A DNA stretch of 57,969 bases from a virus: positions 1 to 57,969 of IMG/VR virus record IMGVR_UViG_3300027740_000002; one strand, given 5' to 3'. Numbering within the stretch: position 1 is the stretch's first letter; each line of letters opens with the position of its first letter. The notes under the pieces were generated by a model, which had not been told where the DNA came from, did not search any database, and worked only from the letters and a program-made list of their open reading frames with translations. Made by a program: the position numbers and the translations under genes. Positions 8,815 to 16,967 of this stretch are shown here, piece by piece.

Positions 8815-10161
8815 ATGGCTTTTGCATGTACGCCCGCTCAATTCATTTCTAACCTTGGCTCCCTTGCGCCGCACTTTGACGAAGGCTGGTTGCATGACTG
8901 GTCGGCGGTGGAGAATGTGTTTAACGGCAAACACCTGACAAGCACATGGGCGCTTGGCACTGGCGATGCCCATATCCGCACGCGGATTACCATTGGGTAT
9001 CCCAACCTGACGGCGCCCAAGGCCCAGATCAACAGTAGCAACTGCGCCACCGACCCTTGCAGCCCGCCAACCGATCATGTCTCCTTCGGCACGAACCGCA
9101 GCGAACACTTTATGACGCAGTGGGCGAAGAATACGCAGCCCTTCTGTATTACCCAACTGCGCTACCAGTACGATCCCGCTGGCCAGTTGAAGGAAATCAT
9201 CGAAGGCTTGCGGAAGATTCCCAAGATGGAGACGGCAAACTTCATCCGTACCCGCGCCCTCACTCTTTCCGAAAGTGTGGCGATTGCCGGGCCGGTTACG
9301 AGTGGCATCCCCAACACCTTCGTCCCGATCATCAACACCAACATTGATAACGAGGCGGTCACCATTGATTTAGGCAGCGCGGCGGCATTGCCAACAAGCC
9401 GGTTGACCTTCCCTTATCTCGACTGGATTACGGCGGTTACGGACTTGAGCGGATACCACGAGAAGCCATCAGGGTTGGCACCCGGCATATTCAATCTCAT
9501 CACTGACCGCTTTGAGTGGTTCAATCTTACAAATGGCAATGCCAGCATGAAAAACATGATGGCGCTGACCGAGGCGGGACAGGCGTCCGGCCTTTACAAG
9601 ATCGGCCAGGGGATTCAGACCCCGTTTGGAAACTATGCGCCATCAATTGACCATTACCCGATGCGATTCCAACTGATGCCGGGCGGCTCAGGTGGGTTAC
9701 TTAGCCGGGTGGAGCCGTTTTTTAACGCGCAGGATGGCACGACTGGCACGCGGCAGAAGGCGAATCCGGCATGGATCGCGGCAGATTACCAGTTGAGCTT
9801 CATCTGGCATCCAGAGGCGTTCATGGTTCACATGCCAGCCTTCGGTAAGATTCACCCGCTGGTGCCGTCCATCAATTCGGCCATGTACGGAAAGTGGCGC
9901 ACAGTGAACGATCCGGTGATGATTTACGAAAACCCGGACGGCACTACTTGCACGATGAACAATGTTGACCTCAACAAGTTCTATCTGCGCGTCAACTTCG
10001 AGATGGGCGCGGAGTACATCGAGCCGAACATGATTCTGCCGATCCTGCATCGGACTGGTTCGAGCCAGTTGCGCGCGATTACGAATGACATCCCGTGCGG
10101 GGCTGGTCAGGCGTATGTCGCTCAGTCCTACGACGACACGCCGATCATGTGCGAGGTCTAA
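8815..10161 (+). CDS. Putative major capsid protein
   Basis: About 449 aa (ATG 8815; alternative GTG 8776). Preceded by a 235-bp structured untranslated region and followed by a 12-bp-stem hairpin. Sits downstream of portal and scaffold. No motif-level proof. Confidence 0.45.
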   Translation: MAFACTPAQFISNLGSLAPHFDEGWLHDWSAVENVFNGKHLTSTWALGTGDAHIRTRITIGYPNLTAPKAQINSSNCATDPCSPPTDHVSFGTNRSEHFMTQWAKNTQPFCITQLRYQYDPAGQLKEIIEGLRKIPKMETANFIRTRALTLSESVAIAGPVTSGIPNTFVPIINTNIDNEAVTIDLGSAAALPTSRLTFPYLDWITAVTDLSGYHEKPSGLAPGIFNLITDRFEWFNLTNGNASMKNMMALTEAGQASGLYKIGQGIQTPFGNYAPSIDHYPMRFQLMPGGSGGLLSRVEPFFNAQDGTTGTRQKANPAWIAADYQLSFIWHPEAFMVHMPAFGKIHPLVPSINSAMYGKWRTVNDPVMIYENPDGTTCTMNNVDLNKFYLRVNFEMGAEYIEPNMILPILHRTGSSQLRAITNDIPCGAGQAYVAQSYDDTPIMCEV

Positions 10162-10171
10162 GCGGTTTGCA

Positions 10172-10202
10172 TGGATGCGCCGGAAAGCCTCCGGCGCATC
10201 CT
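10172..10202 (+). terminator. Strong hairpin after the capsid candidate (terminator or mRNA stabiliser)
   Basis: GGATGCGCCGGA-aagcc-TCCGGCGCATCC, a 12-bp perfect stem starting 12 nt after the stop. No clear T-tract. Confidence 0.45.
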
Positions 10203-10335
10203 CAAACAACATGTTTCCACGTTCTGCGGACAATAATAGAAACACAAGTTGATTCACCGATTCCAAATTGAATACCTATATCGGCGTAGGTTCTGTCGGT
10301 TGGCTAACAGCCAATGAGAAGTAAATATCAATAAA

Positions 10336-10605
10336 ATGGCCATAGAAAAAACATACAGCCCATTCTCTGCCCCACCTCCCGAAGCCATGGACGCCCCGGA
10401 AGTGGACGAATCCGGGGCGCAGCCGTTGTCGGCATCGCTTCTTGGTGGCAGAGAGGTTAGCGAGGGGGATGTTGTTCGAGTACGAGTTGTTAAGCCTGTC
10501 GGCGAGGATGGTATGTGGCTGGGTGTTTACGACGAAGGCGGCAAGCCAAAGCCCAGCCGTCTTGGAAACGAGATGGCTTTGGAAACACCAATGGAAGGAA
10601 TGTAA
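10336..10605 (+). CDS. Hypothetical virion-module protein
   Basis: 89-aa ORF following the capsid candidate. Confidence 0.5.
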   Translation: MAIEKTYSPFSAPPPEAMDAPEVDESGAQPLSASLLGGREVSEGDVVRVRVVKPVGEDGMWLGVYDEGGKPKPSRLGNEMALETPMEGM

Positions 10606-10608
10606 TTT

Positions 10609-11001
10609 ATGCCCGAATGCACAATTGACACGTTTTTTACCGGACAAGCCTGCTTTATCCCCTTCGCTGGCAGCGAGGACTTGAAAAGCATCCTGATTTA
10701 TCTTTCCGCCGTCGAACTGGCTGCCGTTGGCGGAACTGACTACACCGAGGAGCTTGGTTCTGGCGGAGATTTGATGGCCGACGCGACATGCTTCCTGAAT
10801 CTCGATCTTCAAACGTGTCTGCCACCGATTCCGTATCTCGTCGTCGCCTACAACAACGCCGTGGCAGCCGGTGGTTCGCCCGTCAGTTCGCGCACGGAAT
10901 TAGCTACAGCCATCGCGTGCAACAAGAATTTCACGCCCGGGCAGCACGACGCGCAACTGCTCTGGCTGACGTGTCAGCTTGGGTCGCATACCGGCGAATA
11001 A
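10609..11001 (+). CDS. Hypothetical protein with two degenerate copies of the Cys-motif module
   Basis: 130 aa. N-terminal copy CTIDTFFTGQAC...SEDLKSILIYLSAVEL; C-terminal copy AIACNKNFTPGQHDAQLLWLTCQL. Confidence 0.55.
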   Translation: MPECTIDTFFTGQACFIPFAGSEDLKSILIYLSAVELAAVGGTDYTEELGSGGDLMADATCFLNLDLQTCLPPIPYLVVAYNNAVAAGGSPVSSRTELATAIACNKNFTPGQHDAQLLWLTCQLGSHTGE

Positions 11002-11007
11002 AAAATC

Positions 11008-11262
11008 ATGGCATGTCCAGACATCTCAGTAATCCAAGCCGCCGCGTGCGTCAGTGAGATTGGTCGCGTCACTGACGAGATCGAGCTTTTACAAATCACC
11101 GCGCAATCGGCTTTGGCTTGGGCGCAGGCCAACAACCCGGGCGTGGACTATTCATTGTCGGCAATTGAGGAGCGGGCCTGCACGAGTGGAATTGGCTGGG
11201 AGCAAAGCGAAGTGAATTTGCTTCGGGTCATCGCTCAAAATCTTTGCGACCGAATTACCTGA
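11008..11262 (+). CDS. Hypothetical protein made of two copies of the Cys-motif module
   Basis: 84 aa. Copies are MACPDISVIQAAACVSEIGRVTDEIELLQITAQ and ACTSGIGWEQSEVNLLRVIAQNLC. Confidence 0.55.
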   Translation: MACPDISVIQAAACVSEIGRVTDEIELLQITAQSALAWAQANNPGVDYSLSAIEERACTSGIGWEQSEVNLLRVIAQNLCDRIT

Positions 11263-11265
11263 CTT

Positions 11266-11847
11266 ATGGCCTGCGAACTTTCAGCAATCCAATTGGCGGC
11301 TTGCTTGTCGGGCATCGGCAAAGAGCAGTCTAAAATAAAACTACTCCAGATAATTGCCCAGCTTACTTGTGAGGCTTCGGAGGGCGGCGGTGGGGAGTCT
11401 GAGATATTTATTTCGTCGCTGTCAGCGTCAGCAGTTTTGGCTGGCGTGGCAAGCGATGCTGTAATGTGGACAGTAACAATTCCAGGGGGAACACTCGGTC
11501 CTAATGGATGGTTGGAATGCCACGTTATCAGGACTCAAACAGGTGCGGCGACATTGCGATTCAAGCTGAACAGCACCGACATAATGGAGCCATATACCGA
11601 CACACCAGCCTCCGCTGTTTTAGTGCGGGCATTCAATTGCCTGCATTCGAACACAGTCAAGGCGTGGGCACCGACATCGCTCGGGGCTGGCACTGCCGAA
11701 ATACCTTGGATAAACGGCGCGGGAGCGCCAAGCTCGGCAAGCGTTGATACTTCCGTTGACTCTGTTTTTACGATCACTGGGACCATACCGGGAGCAACAT
11801 CATTGACAATTGAAGCGGCGCAAATAAGAGCATTTTACGGAGCCTGA
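11266..11847 (+). CDS. Fibre-like protein: Cys-motif N-module + Gly linker + beta-rich C-domain
   Basis: Starts MACELSAIQLAACLSGIGKEQSKIKLLQIIAQLTCEASEGGGGE, followed by a unique 150-aa domain. Confidence 0.55.
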   Translation: MACELSAIQLAACLSGIGKEQSKIKLLQIIAQLTCEASEGGGGESEIFISSLSASAVLAGVASDAVMWTVTIPGGTLGPNGWLECHVIRTQTGAATLRFKLNSTDIMEPYTDTPASAVLVRAFNCLHSNTVKAWAPTSLGAGTAEIPWINGAGAPSSASVDTSVDSVFTITGTIPGATSLTIEAAQIRAFYGA

Positions 11848-11851
11848 CTTT

Positions 11852-12589
11852 ATGGCGTGCGACCTGACAACCATTCAGACTGCCGCTTGCGAGAGCGGTA
11901 TCGCCAAAGAACAGTCTAAAATCAAGCTGTTGCAGCTTATCGCGCAACTCACCTGTGAGGCTGGCGAAGGTGGGGGCGGAGGCGCGGCAGTCTGGGGCGG
12001 GATTACGGGCACACTCTCAAATCAGGTTGATCTTCAAGCGGCGCTGGATGCGAAGCTGAATCTCTCTGGCGGTCAACTTACCGGCAACCTCACCTTTAGC
12101 GCGGACAACACTCTGGACATCGGGGCGTCTGGCGCAACCCGTCCTCGTCGTGGTTATTTCGGAACGGAGGTTGTTTCGCCGCTGTTTACAGGATCGCTAA
12201 CCGGCGCATCCTCGCTGAACGTCTTGAAGGCGGGCGATACGATGACGGGATTGCTGACCATCGCACAGGCGACAGCCAACACGAGCGCATTTGTTTCGAC
12301 GGGATATTCACTGACGGGGGCGAATGCTCAATCGCTACTGAGTCTGGCGGGGACTTGGAATACGAGCGGGGCGCCTGTGGCCTTGCGACTAGCAATCACT
12401 GACACAGCCAGCGCCGCGACATCAAAATTCCTAGAGCTGCTTGGGGGCGCTCTGGTACCGCACCGACACCTCCAACTACGAACGCGGCGCGCTTCAAACG
12501 GCGGCGGGACAGGTGATCGTTGCGGCGGAAACGGCAGGAACCGGGACAGACGACATTGGCGTAACCCTTACACCCGCTGGCGCTGGTAA
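11852..12589 (+). CDS. Fibre-like protein, N-terminal part (frame A); runs into Arg-rich out-of-frame-looking sequence after 12445
   Basis: Starts MACDLTTIQTAACESGIAKEQSKIKLLQLIAQLTCEAGEGGGGG, then fibre-like LSGGQLTGNLTF...GDTMTGLL. The last 48 codons (PHRHLQLRTRRASNGGG...) look non-coding. Confidence 0.5.
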   Translation: MACDLTTIQTAACESGIAKEQSKIKLLQLIAQLTCEAGEGGGGGAAVWGGITGTLSNQVDLQAALDAKLNLSGGQLTGNLTFSADNTLDIGASGATRPRRGYFGTEVVSPLFTGSLTGASSLNVLKAGDTMTGLLTIAQATANTSAFVSTGYSLTGANAQSLLSLAGTWNTSGAPVALRLAITDTASAATSKFLELLGGALVPHRHLQLRTRRASNGGGTGDRCGGNGRNRDRRHWRNPYTRWRW

Positions 12590-12884
12590 TATCAGTCTTA
12601 ATGTTGGGGTCAATAACAACGCCAGCGGATTCAAGCACGCGAGGATCACAACAGGTTCGGTCGGGGCCGGATCAACAGTGTTGGTGACAGTCACATGGAC
12701 AACCACATTTGCCGACGCGAATTATAGTGTTACGGCTGCGGTAGTTGATGCCACCACCAGTTCTCTGTCCCTGTCCGTGGTTCATGTTGAGAGCATCACG
12801 GCCAGCGCCGTGACGGTGCGGGTCTTGAATAATGCCGTTGGCTCCTTGACCGGCGTATTGCACGTCATTGCCGTGCATGATTGA
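12441..12884 (+). CDS. Fibre-like protein, C-terminal part (frame B, +1 relative to 11852 ORF)
   Basis: No ATG; the frame opens at 12435. LWYRTDTSNYERGAL...VTVTWTTTFADANYSVTAAVV is typical of a fibre distal domain. Confidence 0.5.
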   Translation: MGALWYRTDTSNYERGALQTAAGQVIVAAETAGTGTDDIGVTLTPAGAGNISLNVGVNNNASGFKHARITTGSVGAGSTVLVTVTWTTTFADANYSVTAAVVDATTSSLSLSVVHVESITASAVTVRVLNNAVGSLTGVLHVIAVHD

Positions 12885-12898
12885 TAGAAAGGCAAACA

Positions 12899-13240
12899 AT
12901 GATCACATTCACAATAGACTTCACCGGGACCGTGACGGCGGATGACCAGCTAGCGGCCCGTCATATTATTTTCTTGGAGAACCAACGCCGCGCCGCCTTG
13001 ACGCCTCCGGGAACGCCACTGCCAACCGCAACCGCGCTGAACGTGCGCGACAGTTATCTGGAAGTCCTGACGGCGACTCTGACATCAGCGCATGTGAGCT
13101 ACATCGCACAGGCCAAGAGCGCATCAGGTGCGGACGTGCGATTCACCGCCGCAGGATTGGAAGCTATTCGCGCCAACCTGACAGCCCGGCTCAATGCGGG
13201 ACAAACAGAAGCATCCATAATTGCGGACACAGCATCCTAA
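12899..13240 (+). CDS. Hypothetical protein
   Basis: ATG 12899 with GAAAGG upstream; 113 aa. Confidence 0.5.
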   Translation: MITFTIDFTGTVTADDQLAARHIIFLENQRRAALTPPGTPLPTATALNVRDSYLEVLTATLTSAHVSYIAQAKSASGADVRFTAAGLEAIRANLTARLNAGQTEASIIADTAS

Positions 13241-13241
13241 A

Positions 13242-13403
13242 ATGACCATCAATCTGACCGACAAAGAGGCCGAAACCATCCTGCAATTCGTGGACATTGG
13301 ATTGAAGCAGGAGGGCATGAAGGCTATCGCGGCGGCCACCATGATTATCCAGAAGATTGCGGAGGCGCAGAAGCAGCAGCCGGAGTCTCCGCCAACTGGG
13401 TAA
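13242..13403 (+). CDS. Small hypothetical protein
   Basis: ATG 13242 lies directly after the previous TAA; 53 aa. Confidence 0.4.
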   Translation: MTINLTDKEAETILQFVDIGLKQEGMKAIAAATMIIQKIAEAQKQQPESPPTG

Positions 13404-13453
13404 TTCACCGTATTTACTGGAAATAAACCGGATGCAGCCTTACAAATAATGAA

Positions 13454-13675
13454 ATGGTCGAACGTCCAATCAACGAACGAGTTAGGACCTTGGAGGTTCA
13501 AATGAGCCGGATCGTGTCTGACATTGAAAGCGAGAAGGGAACCCGCGCCCGCGCCAACATAGACCTTGAAAGCCGCATGAGAAGCGTCGAGAGGGCGTAT
13601 TGGAAGGGGGTTGGGGCAATCATGTGTTTTCAGGTTGTTCTAGGGGTCATTATTGCCATTGCCAAGTTAAAGTGA
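13454..13675 (+). CDS. Coiled-coil protein with a C-terminal TM segment (holin-like or membrane lysis accessory candidate)
   Basis: 73 aa with a C-terminal hydrophobic stretch, GVGAIMCFQVVLGVIIAIA. Lies at the end of the late operon. Confidence 0.4.
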   Translation: MVERPINERVRTLEVQMSRIVSDIESEKGTRARANIDLESRMRSVERAYWKGVGAIMCFQVVLGVIIAIAKLK

Positions 13676-13707
13676 TACTCTCGGGGACGGTTAAACCTAT
13701 CAAACCT

Positions 13708-14151
13708 ATGAAAAAACTCAAAATCGTCTCCGTCGCCTTCTGCATGGCCTTCACTCTGTACTGTGCCGTGACTTACATTACAGGTTGCACCGTACCACAG
13801 GTTGTCACCAATCCTGATGGCACCGTTTCAACGAATCAGGTTGTTGATCCCAGGGCCATAACCGTTATTGAAACCACGCGGGCGGTCAACGTGGCCACAG
13901 GTCAGGTCAACCCATACTCCCCACTTGTGGAAATCGGACTGGGGACTGCCGCGCTCGTTCTTGGTTGGTTCGCCAAACGAAAGAACGACGAGAAGAACGG
14001 AGTTCAATCCCAGTTGGTGTCGGTCATCAAGGGAGTCAACAACGCGGACGATGCCAAGGTGAAGGAACAAATTCTTTCTCAGGCTTCTACCGATGGCGTT
14101 GAAACCGCACTGAATAAGACTGTCAAAGGCGTCGAGAGCGGACTGCTTTAA
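13708..14151 (+). CDS. Lipoprotein with an additional TM segment (unimolecular-spanin-like topology)
   Basis: ATG 13708. Signal peptide with lipobox (YITGC), a later TM segment (IGLGTAALVLGWFA) and a charged tail. Last gene before the terminator. Confidence 0.4.
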   Translation: MKKLKIVSVAFCMAFTLYCAVTYITGCTVPQVVTNPDGTVSTNQVVDPRAITVIETTRAVNVATGQVNPYSPLVEIGLGTAALVLGWFAKRKNDEKNGVQSQLVSVIKGVNNADDAKVKEQILSQASTDGVETALNKTVKGVESGLL

Positions 14152-14172
14152 TTTGGTGGTTGGTGGATTGGG

Positions 14173-14202
14173 AAGCCCTCTCTTAACCGGGAGGGCTTTT
14201 TG
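14173..14202 (+). terminator. Rho-independent terminator closing the + strand late block
   Basis: AAGCCCTC-tcttaaccgg-GAGGGCTT followed by TTTTG, 22 nt after the stop at 14151. Confidence 0.7.
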
Positions 14203-14355
14203 ATTTGAAGTGGCTTAACACAGACCCAAGCATGTACAGGCTCGCCATAAAGTAGCAGAAACAGGAGAACCAACCACCTGAAATAGATGCCAGAATCGCA
14301 TACAGAAGTGCTGTTATTTGGCCGATGTCTGATTGGCTCCAAGTTGAATTATTTT

Positions 14356-15072
14356 TCATAGCTTTACCTCCACCCGAAACGAAGCCACTGCTTGATTTGT
14401 GTGTAAAAACCCATGCAACTCCCCATCACCAACAAACTGCCCCAAGGTCTGCCACGTCGTCAGGTTGGTTGAGACTTTTACGAGGTTGGTCTTTCCAAGC
14501 ATCCCATACGCCGAAACCTGCCAGCACTGAGGCGCGAGGCTGATATAGAAGGGGGTCACGCCTGTAGCCTCGTTGGACGGCCTGCTCTCAGTGCCGTCAG
14601 CAAAGTAAGCGACTACGGCAGCAGAATAGCTCACACCCTCCTCTAGACCCTTTATCGTGGCATTGGTGACGTTACCAGCATCCGCCGAATAGAAGTAAAC
14701 CATCGGTGTAACTCCGTAGTAAATCCGATAGCCAGCCACGCGAGGATCGGCGTAAGCACTCCACGCCAGAGACAGGCTTCCGCGCTTGATGACCGGGGCG
14801 GCTGCGGCAATAGACACCGGAGCGGACGTTCGGATAGTCAAAGTCACTGGATTGGTGTCTGCGGGGGCTGTAAGGGCCGTCCTGACGGTCGCCCGCTGCG
14901 ATTCCACGGCCAGGATCACCGCGCTGGTGCGAGGCATTGGAGGCGTCGGCGCTACCTTGGACGACGAACAGCCAACCATAACCAAGAAAGTCCCGACGGC
15001 AAGGAACATGGCTCCAGCCAACATTTTGCAACACCAGAGCCATTCGTCAGCGAGAGAAAAGTATCGCTTCAT
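14356..15072 (-). CDS. Secreted lipoprotein with a fibronectin-type-III-like domain
   Basis: Start MKRYF at 15072. Lipobox LVMVGCSSS. FN3-like LAWSAYADPRVAGYRIYYG...IKGLEEGVSYSAAVVAY. C-terminus is STNLTTW...FRVEVKL. Confidence 0.6.
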   Translation of the reverse strand: MKRYFSLADEWLWCCKMLAGAMFLAVGTFLVMVGCSSSKVAPTPPMPRTSAVILAVESQRATVRTALTAPADTNPVTLTIRTSAPVSIAAAAPVIKRGSLSLAWSAYADPRVAGYRIYYGVTPMVYFYSADAGNVTNATIKGLEEGVSYSAAVVAYFADGTESRPSNEATGVTPFYISLAPQCWQVSAYGMLGKTNLVKVSTNLTTWQTLGQFVGDGELHGFLHTNQAVASFRVEVKL

Positions 15073-15326
15073 AATCTTAACGCTTTCTGCTCCAATCGGC
15101 AACGCTCCCGCCCCGACATGAAAGACCATATCACGGTTTCGCGCACAATTCGCTCGTCGTCTATCACGATGATCCTGCGGGCGATCTTGGTAGGATATTG
15201 TTCGGCGGTCAACGTAGCCAGTTTGTCGCGCCGCTCGCGGTCAAGCTTCCAGCGGGCGTTTGCCATTCTCCGTCCTCGTTCTCTAGCAGCCTTAATTTTA
15301 CGACGAATCCTAAATGATTCAGACAT
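15069..15326 (-). CDS. Basic hypothetical protein
   Basis: 85 aa, ATGA-coupled to the downstream lipoprotein gene. Confidence 0.5.
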   Translation of the reverse strand: MSESFRIRRKIKAARERGRRMANARWKLDRERRDKLATLTAEQYPTKIARRIIVIDDERIVRETVIWSFMSGRERCRLEQKALRL

Positions 15327-15374
15327 AAATAGATGTTTGGAATTCCTATTTGCCTCTAGTTGTATATCTACTTG

Positions 15375-15581
15375 TTAGGGTGCTTCGCCACAGGTGATAT
15401 TTGCCGCTTTGATTACCCGGCGGCGTTCTTCGTCATTCAGGTGCGCGATTGAGTTCACCACTTTTGAGTATGCGATGAGCATGGTTCGTTGACGCACCCT
15501 AACCACGCGCTGGACCAGAACCGGCTTCCCGCGTTTCAGTTCGGGAGCGCGTTTGCCTGTCTTGAGGTTTTTCTTCTTCAT
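15375..15581 (-). CDS. Hypothetical protein
   Basis: 68 aa, ATGA-coupled to the upstream ORF. An alternative internal ATG is at 15482. Confidence 0.45.
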   Translation of the reverse strand: MKKKNLKTGKRAPELKRGKPVLVQRVVRVRQRTMLIAYSKVVNSIAHLNDEERRRVIKAANITCGEAP

Positions 15582-15640
15582 ATGTTTTTGGGGTTGCGGC
15601 CAGCCGGTCGGTCAGCTTGGTCGTTCAGCAACTTCTCCCA
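15497..15640 (-). repeat. Junction element, degenerate copy
   Basis: Forward strand reads CCCTAACCACGCGC ... AGCTTGGTCGTTCAGC. Brackets the start at 15581. Confidence 0.5.
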
Positions 15641-15913
15641 GAAGTATGGCCCTCGGTTCATTTTGCGATTCGCGATACACGTCAGGCACGATTTCCATTT
15701 CGCTTCGGTGTAGATTCGTCGCACCGCGTGCGTTGCCACCCCTCCACAAAAGTCGCAGGTTGGCGAATGGGTTGCCGAACCATTCGCTGATGCGCGACTC
15801 GGCTGGGCGCAGGCAGTTTCAGAGGTTTCCGCTTCGTTCACATGGTCAGGCATCATTGAGTTCCTTTCGGTTTTGCCGCCGAGCCGCATAGCTCCCCGTT
15901 CGGCATCACTCAC
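15578..15913 (-). CDS. Hypothetical protein with CxxC pairs
   Basis: 111 aa. Contains CDFCGG...CLTC. Confidence 0.5.
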   Translation of the reverse strand: MSDAERGAMRLGGKTERNSMMPDHVNEAETSETACAQPSRASANGSATHSPTCDFCGGVATHAVRRIYTEAKWKSCLTCIANRKMNRGPYFWEKLLNDQADRPAGRNPKNI

Positions 15914-16082
15914 CCGCGCTGATGACGATGCAGTTGATGTCCTCGATTTTGGTTTCCGATACCTTGACCGGCAGCGCGTGCATTTCGCCTGGCATGTCGA
16001 ACACCGGAACAGCGATTACCGCCCTGATGTCAGGTCCGGCGAGTAGTTCACGAGCTAGTTCGTGTGATGTTTTGTATGTCAT
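15906..16082 (-). CDS. Small hypothetical protein
   Basis: ATG 16082 (MTYKTSHELAREL...). The track ORF extends to a GTG at 16133. Confidence 0.4.
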   Translation of the reverse strand: MTYKTSHELARELLAGPDIRAVIAVPVFDMPGEMHALPVKVSETKIEDINCIVISAGE

Positions 16083-16101
16083 ATCCGTGCTGCCGAACCA
16101 A

Positions 16102-16425
16102 TCAGTCCAGCGAAAGTGGCGGGCGGTCGCCACAGGTTTTAGTTGCGCCAGCGACCGCCACTTCGCTGACTTCTGCGTTAGCCGACTCGCGCTTTTTCAT
16201 GGCGATGTCTATTGCCGCCCGCAGATTTCGGTGGCATCCAGCGCCCGCGCCGAGCGAGTTGCCTTTTGTGTAGATGACCCATGTGTATGATTCGCCGTCC
16301 TCTGGCGCTTCCACGTCTGCTCTGTTTTCGATGAGCCAGTTCAGACGATTTGTGTCTGGAAGGTTCAACCGTCGGCTAACCATGCGGTCGAGCCAATGCC
16401 GGATTGCGTCTCGGATTGTTCTCAT
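16102..16425 (-). CDS. Hypothetical protein
   Basis: 107 aa. The start lies inside junction element copy 16374-16482. Confidence 0.5.
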   Translation of the reverse strand: MRTIRDAIRHWLDRMVSRRLNLPDTNRLNWLIENRADVEAPEDGESYTWVIYTKGNSLGAGAGCHRNLRAAIDIAMKKRESANAEVSEVAVAGATKTCGDRPPLSLD

Positions 16426-16482
16426 AAGGTTTCTGGTTGGCGTGAGCCACTGTCCCGGCGTGGCTCACCTTTGTCGTTAGGC
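16374..16482 (-). repeat. Junction element copy
   Basis: Forward strand reads GGCTAACCATGCGG ... GTCGTTAGGC. Contains the 9-bp perfect hairpin GTGAGCCAC/GTGGCTCAC and the start at 16425. Confidence 0.65.
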
Positions 16483-16734
16483 CAACCGAGGCGCGTGTAT
16501 GCGTAACAGTTCAGCCACTTCGGGGATTCGTTCTTCCAGCGTCTGCCATTCGTATGACGGCAGCGCAAAGAACGGCTTCACATTTCCTTTGCGGAGTTCA
16601 GCTATTGCAGTCAGCCAGGCTTCGGCTAGCGGCACATGTTCGTCAGCCAGCATTTGGAGTGATTGTAGCGCCGGGTCGGGATGGCCTAACAAGGGCGCTA
16701 CAGCGAACCCGGCGATTGACGATTCAGGTTTCAT
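16477..16734 (-). CDS. Hypothetical protein
   Basis: 85 aa. The start lies inside the junction element, and the stop is the TAA of a GCCTAACG motif. Confidence 0.5.
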   Translation of the reverse strand: MKPESSIAGFAVAPLLGHPDPALQSLQMLADEHVPLAEAWLTAIAELRKGNVKPFFALPSYEWQTLEERIPEVAELLRIHAPRLA

Positions 16735-16778
16735 AAAGCTTTGGTTTCAGTTGAGCGACCCTAGCTTGGTCGTTAGGC
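16684..16778 (-). repeat. Junction element copy
   Basis: Forward strand reads GCCTAACAAGGGCGCTACAGCGAACCCGGC ... GAGCGACCC ... GTCGTTAGGC. Brackets the start at 16734. Confidence 0.65.
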
Positions 16779-16943
16779 GTGCTTCGCCCACAGCATGAGT
16801 CCACCGAGCACCAGAGCACCGATGCAAGCAGCCCACATGATTTTTGGGTTTCGGCGTTCAGCCGAGAGCCATCCGAGCCACGCAGTCACCGCACAGGTGA
16901 CGAGCCAGCCCCATTGGAAGTATGCGATTCCGATTTCTTTCAT
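16773..16943 (-). CDS. Small membrane protein (two TM segments)
   Basis: ATG 16943 (MKEIGIAYFQWGWLVTCAVTAWLGW...IGALVLGGLMLWA). The track ORF extends to a TTG at 17015 inside the junction element. Confidence 0.5.
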   Translation of the reverse strand: MKEIGIAYFQWGWLVTCAVTAWLGWLSAERRNPKIMWAACIGALVLGGLMLWAKHA

Positions 16944-16967
16944 GTTGGTTTTGTGTTTGAGACGCAC

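Noticed and set aside
14148-14342. 64-aa - strand ORF
   Set aside because: It spans the rho-independent terminator hairpin in the gap between convergent blocks, and no start context supports it.
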